Virus record (IMG/VR): IMGVR_UViG_3300040801_001445
Span: 1-40,249 of that record
Direction: 5' to 3' (one strand)
Length of the DNA: 40,249 bases
Source: a virus
Part shown: positions 32,774 through 39,177 of the stretch, in pieces
How the letters are laid out: each line of letters starts with the position of its first letter
How positions within the stretch are numbered: the first letter of the stretch is position 1
Made by a program: the position numbers and the translations under genes
Notes under the pieces: model-generated
What the model was told of the DNA's origin: nothing
Seen by the model: only the letters and a program-made list of their open reading frames with translations
Database searches by the model: none

Positions 32774-33094
32774 TCACTTCCGGCGGATTTCGATGCTCGC
32801 GCCAGCGGCTTCCGTCGGCACCGGCGGATCCACGGTCAGCGCCCCGGCGGCCACGGCCGTGACGACGTACTCGCCGTCGAAGCTCGCGGAGCCCCGGACC
32901 TCGATGATGCTGTTGGCCTCGAAGACGCCGAGCCCATTGCCGCTGTCGGTGATCGTTCCGTTCGCGTCGCCGGCGATGGTGGTCGCGACGATGCGCTGCG
33001 AGACGCCCTTGTCGCGCGTGATGTCGCGGGACAGGTAGCGTTCCGATGCGGAATTGACGGTGCGGGTGTTCGAGATGCGGGTTGCCTCACGCAT
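32774..33094 (-). CDS. Hypothetical protein, 106 aa
   Basis: Tail of ORF-track 32774..33232 from MREATRISNTR, with the ATG at 33094. Confidence 0.55.
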   Translation of the reverse strand: MREATRISNTRTVNSASERYLSRDITRDKGVSQRIVATTIAGDANGTITDSGNGLGVFEANSIIEVRGSASFDGEYVVTAVAAGALTVDPPVPTEAAGASIEIRRK

Positions 33095-33096
33095 GG

Positions 33097-33315
33097 TCAG
33101 AACCTCTTGCCGTAGTCGATGGGGTATCTGCCGGTGGGGAACTCGCGCCGAATCGTGGGGGTCGGCAGCGGAGCCCCCACCACGCCTTCGATTTCCGTGT
33201 CCGTGAGCGTGCGGAAGTCCACCGACGCCCACAGGGACATCAGCTCGTCTTCGGTCTCACGCGTCAGGATCCGTCCCGCCGGGAGCTGGGAGCGCGGATC
33301 GTTGCCCTTCGCCAT
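33097..33315 (-). CDS. Hypothetical protein, 72 aa
   Basis: ORF-track 33097..33315. Confidence 0.5.
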   Translation of the reverse strand: MAKGNDPRSQLPAGRILTRETEDELMSLWASVDFRTLTDTEIEGVVGAPLPTPTIRREFPTGRYPIDYGKRF

Positions 33316-33634
33316 GGGGGATCGCCTCTCGCTGCTCGACGGCCACAGACTTCGGCTCGCCGTAGTTGATGATCTGGATGGTCGGCACGGCGTAGCCGTC
33401 GCCCTTCACCTCGACGGCCTTCTTCTTCGGGAACAGGAACTGCGCCACCTTGTCGTTCAGGTTCGAGCGCTGCAGCGTGGTCAGGTCAGGATCCTGCGCG
33501 TCCACCGCCATGTTCAGGACGGGGTGGTAGGCGTCGGCAACGCGCTCAGGTCCGAACTTCTCCTTCGCCACGGCATTCGCCAGCGCCAGGAACGATTCGG
33601 GGTCGTCGATCTTCGGGGCCTTCGGCTTCGCCAC
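33257..33634 (-). CDS. Hypothetical protein, 125 aa, GTG start, first gene of the late operon (possibly the small terminase, by position only)
   Basis: ORF-track 33257..33634. The upstream context is CGTTTACACGGAGCCCGCTC-GTG, with a GGAG SD. Confidence 0.5.
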   Translation of the reverse strand: MAKPKAPKIDDPESFLALANAVAKEKFGPERVADAYHPVLNMAVDAQDPDLTTLQRSNLNDKVAQFLFPKKKAVEVKGDGYAVPTIQIINYGEPKSVAVEQREAIPHGEGQRSALPAPGGTDPDA

Positions 33635-33689
33635 GAGCGGGCTCCGTGTAAACGGTTCGCGGCGATACTACATCACGCGGGGGAGCGCA

Positions 33690-33723
33690 AGGAAGAAAGC
33701 CCGGTGACGGTGCGCGGCCGGGC
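33690..33723 (-). terminator. Intrinsic terminator after the recombination module
   Basis: On the minus strand: GCCCGG-N13-CCGGGC followed by TTTCTTCCTT, downstream of the RecT stop at 33810. Confidence 0.45.
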
Positions 33724-33809
33724 GCCGCGGGCCCTGGTCTCCCATCCGACTGGAGAGGTAGCCGCCGCGCGCGTGCCGCGCGGCGCCTGGGCCGGTCCCT
33801 CGGCAGGGA

Positions 33810-34838
33810 TCAGTACGGGATGCTGTTGTCCATCCTCTCCTGTGCAATCCGCGCGAGCAAGTCGCGCTCGCTGGCGGTGAGGCGGTCGTCGCGCTGGAAC
33901 GCGTCGATCACTTCCTGGATGGCGTCTGCCTTCTCCAGGATGCCGAGCTGGTCGCGGTAGCGCTTGAACGCCGCGTCGGCCGGCTCCTTCGGACCGGCTT
34001 CCGGCGGCGCCTGCGTGGCCTGGTTCTTGATCCGCTCCTTGGCCTCGTTCATGGCCTGCGTCAGCGTGTGGCGCTCGGGATCCGTCCAGGCGTCGTTCTG
34101 GATGGCGTTGCGCATGTCGCGCCACTGCTCGCGGGTCTCCAGCTTCTCGATCTGCTCCAGCGTCTTGTCGAACGCGTCGTTCGCCACCAGCTCGGCCTCG
34201 GCCTCTTCCGGCTCGATGGTCTGCGGCTGCTGAGACGCGAGTCGCTGTTTCAACGCCGCGCTCCCGCCCTGGGTCTGCGGCGGCGGCGTCACGTCGCGGG
34301 GCTCCGGCGAGATGTCGCGCGCCTCCTCGGCGACAGCCACACCGCGGAGCACGTCAGGGAACGCGTCGCGAATGGCGAAGGCGCGCGCCCGCATCTTCAG
34401 CATGCGCTCGGGGTACTGCGTCCAGGGGCCCTGCTTCCCCCACAGGCTGGCGCGCTTGGCGTCCTCCTGCGAGAACTCGGCCTCGACGGGGCTCTGGCCG
34501 CGGCGCTTCACCACGCACTTCGCCGTCATGGTCGCGCGGTCGAACGTCTCCTGGATGTCCTCGCAGTCTGCGCGTCCGCGCACCAGACCGATCAGCGCAT
34601 CGCCCCACACGGACGGGCGGCCGTTGATGACGGCGATGTTCTGCAGCGACTGGACCGGGGGCAGGCCAAGCTCGGCGCCCATGGCCGCGGCGACCATCAC
34701 GTTGCCCGGCTTCCCCTTGTAGTCCTTCGGCACCATGTCCGACTGCGCCAGCATCTCGGCCAGGCGCCAGGCTTCCGTGGCGTTGGTCGGGACGAGATTG
34801 AACCCGCCCGGCATTGCGATCTGCGTTTTCTCGCTCAT
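33810..34838 (-). CDS. recT: RecT-family single-strand annealing protein
   Basis: ORF-track 33810..34994 trimmed to MSEKTQIAMPGG. The conserved RecT-like core is MVAAAMGAELGLPPVQSLQNIAVINGRPSVWGDAL. It lies next to a YqaJ-like exonuclease. Confidence 0.75.
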   Translation of the reverse strand: MSEKTQIAMPGGFNLVPTNATEAWRLAEMLAQSDMVPKDYKGKPGNVMVAAAMGAELGLPPVQSLQNIAVINGRPSVWGDALIGLVRGRADCEDIQETFDRATMTAKCVVKRRGQSPVEAEFSQEDAKRASLWGKQGPWTQYPERMLKMRARAFAIRDAFPDVLRGVAVAEEARDISPEPRDVTPPPQTQGGSAALKQRLASQQPQTIEPEEAEAELVANDAFDKTLEQIEKLETREQWRDMRNAIQNDAWTDPERHTLTQAMNEAKERIKNQATQAPPEAGPKEPADAAFKRYRDQLGILEKADAIQEVIDAFQRDDRLTASERDLLARIAQERMDNSIPY

Positions 34839-34840
34839 GG

Positions 34841-35794
34841 TCAGTCTTCCTTCGGTCGGTTTTTCTGAGGCGAGAACCGCATGGTGACGAACTCCGTGGG
34901 CTCCACGGTGTACGCCTTGCGCTTCTCCTTCTTGCGGATGTAGGCCCCCTTCGTTTCGCCGGGGATGTACCCGACGGCGTGCTCGCCCATCCACTCCTGC
35001 ACTTGCTCCTTCAGCGCATCCCGCGCCTTCGTCAGGTCACCGATCCGCCGCTGGATATCCTGAAGCGTCCGGTGGTAGTGCACCGCCTCCTGCGGCAGCT
35101 CGACGTGCTCTCCGTTGGTGCCGGGGTACAGCTCGCGAAGAATCTGCTGCGTGCGACGGTGCCCGAACACCAGCTCCGGCGGCTCGCGCTCCTCGACGTT
35201 CCGCGTCCAGAAGTCGAGACAGGTCTCCTCGATCATGGCCGCGATGTCCGGGTCGAACTGCACCACGTACAGACGGAAGTCGGTGCGTCCGAACCAGGCG
35301 AACAGGTCGCACACCTGCGTGCGGGTCACCAGCATGTGGTGGTGGCACTGGAGCAGATAGTGGGGCGGAATCTGGTCCGTCATCTCCTCGCCCCACTCGC
35401 TACGGTCCGCGAAGAAACACAGCTTCATCTCACCGCAGCGCGAGCCCTGGCCACTGATGGCCACCATGATGTCCGGCGTGCTGCTCACGAAGCACAGGTC
35501 ACGATGGATCATCGGAGCGTCAGGCACGCGAACCACGAACTGCTCCGGGTTTACCTGTAGCTCCGTGGCCAAGCGCTTCAGGTAGCGCTGCCGCAGCACG
35601 TCCTCGAACTCCGACCCGAGCGCGCGCGGGTCGTCGTCGTCGTACTCCTCGTTCGCCACGGCCGGCTTCTCGCCAATCAGGCGCAGGTACACGTCCATCG
35701 GCTGCGCGAACGGAGACTCGTTGAACAGCGCTGCGATGTCGCTGCTCCCGATGGTCTCGTTCTTGATCCGCGCGTGCTCCTCGCTCAGCGCCAC
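34841..35794 (-). CDS. YqaJ-like (lambda Exo-type, PD-(D/E)XK) recombination exonuclease
   Basis: ORF-track 34841..35794. The N-terminal motif IGSSDIAALFNESPFAQPMDVYL is typical of YqaJ. GTG start. Confidence 0.75.
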   Translation of the reverse strand: MALSEEHARIKNETIGSSDIAALFNESPFAQPMDVYLRLIGEKPAVANEEYDDDDPRALGSEFEDVLRQRYLKRLATELQVNPEQFVVRVPDAPMIHRDLCFVSSTPDIMVAISGQGSRCGEMKLCFFADRSEWGEEMTDQIPPHYLLQCHHHMLVTRTQVCDLFAWFGRTDFRLYVVQFDPDIAAMIEETCLDFWTRNVEEREPPELVFGHRRTQQILRELYPGTNGEHVELPQEAVHYHRTLQDIQRRIGDLTKARDALKEQVQEWMGEHAVGYIPGETKGAYIRKKEKRKAYTVEPTEFVTMRFSPQKNRPKED

Positions 35795-36213
35795 GGCAGA
35801 TCATCCTTGATCGTGAACGGGCACGATGCGCGCTGGCACTCGTTCACGCTTTCGCCGACGCGGTTGCAGTCCTCGACGCTGCACTCCACCAGCGGCATCT
35901 CGGGCTCGGGCGCCGACGGCGCCAGGGATGCGGTGGGCTCGGGCGGCTGCCGACGCTTGAAGCTGTCGAACAGGTCCGCCGTCAGCCGATCCTCGATGGC
36001 CTTGGTGAACTCCTCGCTGTTCGCCACGCGGCGCGCCGTGTCCGCGATGTGCGGCTCCATGGCCTGCTGGAGCAGCGCACGGTTGATGAACGTCGGGTCG
36101 TTGCGGATGGCGTCGGCGACGGCGCCGCGGATGGCATCCAGCACGGCCTCGCCAAGCTCACGCACCATGTCACGGCGCTGGCGGGTCGGCTTCTCTGCTT
36201 CGTTTTCGGTCAT
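35785..36213 (-). CDS. Hypothetical protein, 142 aa, with a C-terminal Cys cluster
   Basis: Tail of ORF-track 35785..36426 from MTENEAEKPTRQ. The ATG at 36213 overlaps the upstream stop (ATGA). Confidence 0.6.
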   Translation of the reverse strand: MTENEAEKPTRQRRDMVRELGEAVLDAIRGAVADAIRNDPTFINRALLQQAMEPHIADTARRVANSEEFTKAIEDRLTADLFDSFKRRQPPEPTASLAPSAPEPEMPLVECSVEDCNRVGESVNECQRASCPFTIKDDLPWR

Positions 36214-36569
36214 TTCCCATGCTCCTCGTGTAGAGTGACCAGTCGCGTGTAAACGGTTTCGAGCGTGGTCAGTGCTCGCCCGCTGTGGATCATGTCGCGG
36301 TGGCAGCGGTACACGGTCCAGCCGAGCAGCAGCGCCGCCTCGTACTTGTCCATGTCCTGCCGCGCACCGCCGATGCTCTGGTGTCCTCCCTTCGATGCGC
36401 TGCGCACCAGCCCCTCGACTTCGCACGCCAGCTTCACGTCGGGCCAGGCGAAGTCGAAGCGCCAGCGTCGCGTCGGGTGGAAGCGCAGCTCCCGCTCAGG
36501 GGTCGGCAAAACGGCGCTCGCCCGGATGTGCAGCGCCAGCGTCTCCTCCAGTTGGCTCAGCCGGGCCAT
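36210..36569 (-). CDS. PD-(D/E)XK-type endonuclease-like protein (DUF559/Vsr-like pattern)
   Basis: ORF-track 36210..36569. The pattern is FDFAWPDVKLACEVEG...H...D..K...LLLGWTVYR. A GAGGAG SD lies upstream. Confidence 0.45.
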   Translation of the reverse strand: MARLSQLEETLALHIRASAVLPTPERELRFHPTRRWRFDFAWPDVKLACEVEGLVRSASKGGHQSIGGARQDMDKYEAALLLGWTVYRCHRDMIHSGRALTTLETVYTRLVTLHEEHGK

Positions 36570-36858
36570 CCCACTCCTCGTGTGCGATCTTGCGCAGGCG
36601 AGTGTAGATGGCGCGATGCACCTTCAACAGCTCGGCGTAGGCCACGTTGTCCGGCGGATCCCGCAGCACCGCGGCGTCCACGAGCTGCAGCACCACCGGC
36701 GGAAACTCGCGCCCTTCGTAGCCGATCAGCCGCGGGGCGCCGGTCAGCTTCACCATCATCGCCGCCTTGCAGTCCTGCCAGAAGGCGAACCAGTCGGCGT
36801 AGCCCTCAACGGCCATGCCCGCCCCCGAATAGCTGATGGACACGAGCCGGGCCGTCAC
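36496..36858 (-). CDS. Hypothetical protein, up to 120 aa
   Basis: ORF-track 36496..36858. An alternative start is MAVEGY at 36816. The 3' end overlaps the next gene by 74 nt. Confidence 0.5.
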   Translation of the reverse strand: MTARLVSISYSGAGMAVEGYADWFAFWQDCKAAMMVKLTGAPRLIGYEGREFPPVVLQLVDAAVLRDPPDNVAYAELLKVHRAIYTRLRKIAHEEWDGPAEPTGGDAGAAHPGERRFADP

Positions 36859-37231
36859 TCTCGCGCCGCGGCCCGCTCTGCATCTCGCCCTTCTTGCGCG
36901 CCTCGTACTGCTCCATGGTCTCGCCGGGGCGCGCGTCGCTGTAGTCCTGGCGCACCTGCACGCGCACGTCAGGCAATCGCTGGCTCCCCTCGCGGGGGTA
37001 CACGTCCTGCCAGCCGTTGATGATCGCCTCGTCGAGCAGCGCGTGAATGTCCTGGCGATCGGCCCGTAGGCGCTCCAGCTTCTTCAGCATTCGCTTCACG
37101 GCCACCGGCGTCATGGGCTTGCCGATGTCGATGCGGCTCTGGAAGAAGTCGGACCATCGCTCCTGGTCCAGCCATGGTGGCAGAGCGTTTAAATCCAGCT
37201 CCGCCTGAACCATCTTGCGCCGCCCCGCCAT
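36806..37231 (-). CDS. Hypothetical protein, 141 aa
   Basis: ORF-track 36806..37231, with protein-like composition. Confidence 0.6.
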   Translation of the reverse strand: MAGRRKMVQAELDLNALPPWLDQERWSDFFQSRIDIGKPMTPVAVKRMLKKLERLRADRQDIHALLDEAIINGWQDVYPREGSQRLPDVRVQVRQDYSDARPGETMEQYEARKKGEMQSGPRRESDGPARVHQLFGGGHGR

Positions 37232-37234
37232 CCG

Positions 37235-37534
37235 CTACGCCCCCCGCCGCATGTTGAAGTGGTTGCGCGGCGGGGTCTGGTAGTTCCAGCTCAGGCCGAT
37301 CTTCTCCGGCAGGAACGGCAGCATGCCGGGAATGGAAATGAGGTGCGGGTTCGGTGTCAGCGCCACGCTGACGTGCCAGTACCGCTCCTTCGACTTCGAC
37401 CAGCGGCGGCGCTCTTCAGCTTCCCTCCTCTGCCGCTTCCTCGTCGCCTGGTCCATCCTCGCCTTGATCCGGCTCCGAATCTCCGGGTCGGTCACGCAAC
37501 ACGGAAGGGTGGACTGTTTCTCGTATCGCTTCAT
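37235..37534 (-). CDS. Hypothetical basic protein, 99 aa
   Basis: ORF-track 37235..37534. A strong AGGAGG SD lies 7 nt upstream of the ATG. Confidence 0.6.
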   Translation of the reverse strand: MKRYEKQSTLPCCVTDPEIRSRIKARMDQATRKRQRREAEERRRWSKSKERYWHVSVALTPNPHLISIPGMLPFLPEKIGLSWNYQTPPRNHFNMRRGA

Positions 37535-37598
37535 GCACAGCCTCCTGGATGATCTTCGCCGCCAGCTCTGCCAGCTCGTTCCATTCTGCCTCGGTCAC
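37416..37598 (-). CDS. Hypothetical protein, 60 aa
   Basis: ORF-track 37416..37598, with an ATGA overlap to the upstream gene. The 3' 119 nt overlap 37235..37534 out of frame. Confidence 0.45.
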   Translation of the reverse strand: MTEAEWNELAELAAKIIQEAVHEAIRETVHPSVLRDRPGDSEPDQGEDGPGDEEAAEEGS

Positions 37599-37939
37599 CG
37601 CGCCGCTCCCATTGCTCTCTGGCGATCAGCACACAGGCGGTCGAGCCATTCCATCGCGTACCGTGGATGGATTGACGGCCAGCCGGGGCCAATGTCCTGG
37701 ACCGCCCGCCGCAGCAACCTCTTGATCGGTTCATAGGACGCCCAAAGCTCGTCAGCGCGAATGAACGTTGGGAAGTCTCCGTGATCCTCCATGCTTTCTT
37801 CCATAGCCGAGTCGGGCGTGCCGTCCTCGTTGCGCCACACCATCAATGTGAGCAGAACCGTTCTGGGGGGCAATCCTTTGCCTGGCGTGATGGAATACGT
37901 CTCGGTGTAACTCTTCACTTCGACCACCTCGTGAGTCAT
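37595..37939 (-). CDS. Hypothetical protein, 114 aa
   Basis: ORF-track 37595..37939. Confidence 0.65.
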   Translation of the reverse strand: MTHEVVEVKSYTETYSITPGKGLPPRTVLLTLMVWRNEDGTPDSAMEESMEDHGDFPTFIRADELWASYEPIKRLLRRAVQDIGPGWPSIHPRYAMEWLDRLCADRQRAMGAAR

Positions 37940-38013
37940 GTCGCTTCGCCCATTGCTCGCAGCATGGCGCGCTCGCGACGCGCCTGATACTCACTATGCA
38001 ACCGCTTCTCCAT
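37936..38013 (-). CDS. Possible small ORF, 25 aa (MEKRLHSEYQARRERAMLRAMGEAT)
   Basis: Manual translation. A GAGGAG SD lies upstream and there is an ATGA overlap with 37939. Third-position G/C is only moderate. Confidence 0.3.
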   Translation of the reverse strand: MEKRLHSEYQARRERAMLRAMGEAT

Positions 38014-38032
38014 GCTCGCTTCTCCTCTGGTG

Positions 38033-38272
38033 TCATGCGCCGAAGTGCTCCACCACTTCGCGCTCTATCTGCCGCTCCTCTGGCGACAGTGCCTTGCCTG
38101 TGCCGATCTTCGTGATGATGGCGAACGCCTCTGGCTCCGTGTACATGCCCGCGTTCACCAGCTCCACGAAGCGCGCGTGCCGCTTGTTCCACTGCGGCCG
38201 GCGTTCTCGCATCTGCCTGCGTTGCGCCTTCCTGGCCTTCGACCGCTTCCTTCGCTGTGCTCCTGAGGCCAT
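38033..38272 (-). CDS. Hypothetical basic protein, 79 aa
   Basis: ORF-track 38033..38272, with a GGAGA SD upstream. Confidence 0.65.
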   Translation of the reverse strand: MASGAQRRKRSKARKAQRRQMRERRPQWNKRHARFVELVNAGMYTEPEAFAIITKIGTGKALSPEERQIEREVVEHFGA

Positions 38273-38546
38273 GGGCTCTCCAGATCAGAGGGGGTTCCGA
38301 AGGGCGAGCGCAAGCTGTCCCATCGAAGAGACAACCTGCGCTCGTCTGCGTCGGGCTCACCGAGTCGTCGGAGGCACCGTCGGGCGGCCGGGCTCATTGC
38401 CTGCGGTCCCGGCTACCAGCCGTGGCTGGCTCGCGTCGCGTTGCGGCTGTCGGCAGTCCCACAGTAGCCGCGGCGTGTCACGGCCGGCTCCGGCTGCCGT
38501 CTGGACGCACACGCGTCTGTCCCGACCCGGAGTGACCGGACCAGAG

Positions 38547-38672
38547 GCTTGGCGGCGGGGGTTGCGAGGGAGGGGATTTCTGAGGAGAATTTCCCTCGAC
38601 CAGGCGCCGCCAAGCTAACTGGTCGTGAAGGCCCCGACTGGATCCTCTGCCGGTCGGGGCCTTCGTCTTTCT
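38547..38672 (+). ncRNA. Candidate structured RNA: a three-tier hairpin (38547..38615) followed by a terminator hairpin
   Basis: The outer stem is 11 bp (GCTTGGCGGCG/CGCCGCCAAGC), enclosing a 7-bp stem (CGAGGGA/TCCCTCG) and a 4-bp stem (TTCT/AGAA). A terminator follows 12 nt later. The strand and the 5' end are not determined. Confidence 0.3.
38627..38672 (+). terminator. Plus-strand intrinsic terminator: GAAGGCCCCGAC-N14-GTCGGGGCCTTC followed by GTCTTTCT
   Basis: A perfect 12-bp stem. The T-rich tail occurs only in the plus orientation, although both flanking genes are on the minus strand. Confidence 0.5.
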
Positions 38673-38804
38673 GGATTCCGAGATTGCTCTCCTGTCGCCG
38701 GGTCGTCAAGATCGAGATGCCGTTCGGGGCTGGTCGGTCCCTGACGGCAGCGCCGGCGGCGGGCCTCCCGCCCATGCTCCCCCGCCGTCGGCGCTCCTAC
38801 TCGC

Positions 38805-38963
38805 TCACAGCAGCAGCCGAAGCGCCTCCGCCACGCCGGCGCCGAGCAGGAAGGCCACCACCTGCTGGTGGACTCCTGCCTCGCGGTAGCGCTGGCGCCA
38901 GATGCGCTCGGCCTTCCGGCGGTCAGCCTTCCGCTGCCTGCGGTCCTCGTACACCAGCTTCAC
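38805..38963 (-). CDS. Possible small basic protein with a hydrophobic C-terminus, 52 aa, GTG start
   Basis: Manual translation gives VKLVYEDRRQRKADRRKAERIWRQRYREAGVHQQVVAFLLGAGVAEALRLLL. About 90 percent of third positions are G/C, and an AGGAGG lies 9 nt upstream. Confidence 0.45.
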   Translation of the reverse strand: MKLVYEDRRQRKADRRKAERIWRQRYREAGVHQQVVAFLLGAGVAEALRLLL

Positions 38964-39177
38964 GGCCCTGGCCCTCCTGCTCCTGACGAACCTTCCACTC
39001 GTAGTAGATCGCCGGCGGCTCGCCGGCCGCGGCCAGGAACTGCTCGATGGCTTCCGTCGCCAGCTCCGCCGTGGTGGTGTTGCGCTTCACGGCGAACGCC
39101 CGGAGCCGCAGCTCCGTGTCCGGCGTCAGGCGCACGGTGATCCTGCGGTTCCTGTTGTGAACCTGGCCCTGGCTCAT
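38923..39177 (-). CDS. Ribbon-helix-helix (Arc/CopG-like) DNA-binding protein
   Basis: ORF-track 38923..39177. RRITVRLTPDTELRLRAFAVKRNTTTAELATEAIEQFL fits a beta-strand, helix, helix pattern. An AGGAGGAG SD lies upstream. Confidence 0.6.
   Translation of the reverse strand: MSQGQVHNRNRRITVRLTPDTELRLRAFAVKRNTTTAELATEAIEQFLAAAGEPPAIYYEWKVRQEQEGQGREAGVRGPQAAEG

Noticed and set aside
2781-36254. Reading GTTTACAC as a set of sigma-70 promoters (TTTACA resembles a -35 hexamer)
   Set aside because: The sites occur in both orientations, mostly inside genes. In the case I checked in detail (8253) no -10-like hexamer follows at about 17 bp.
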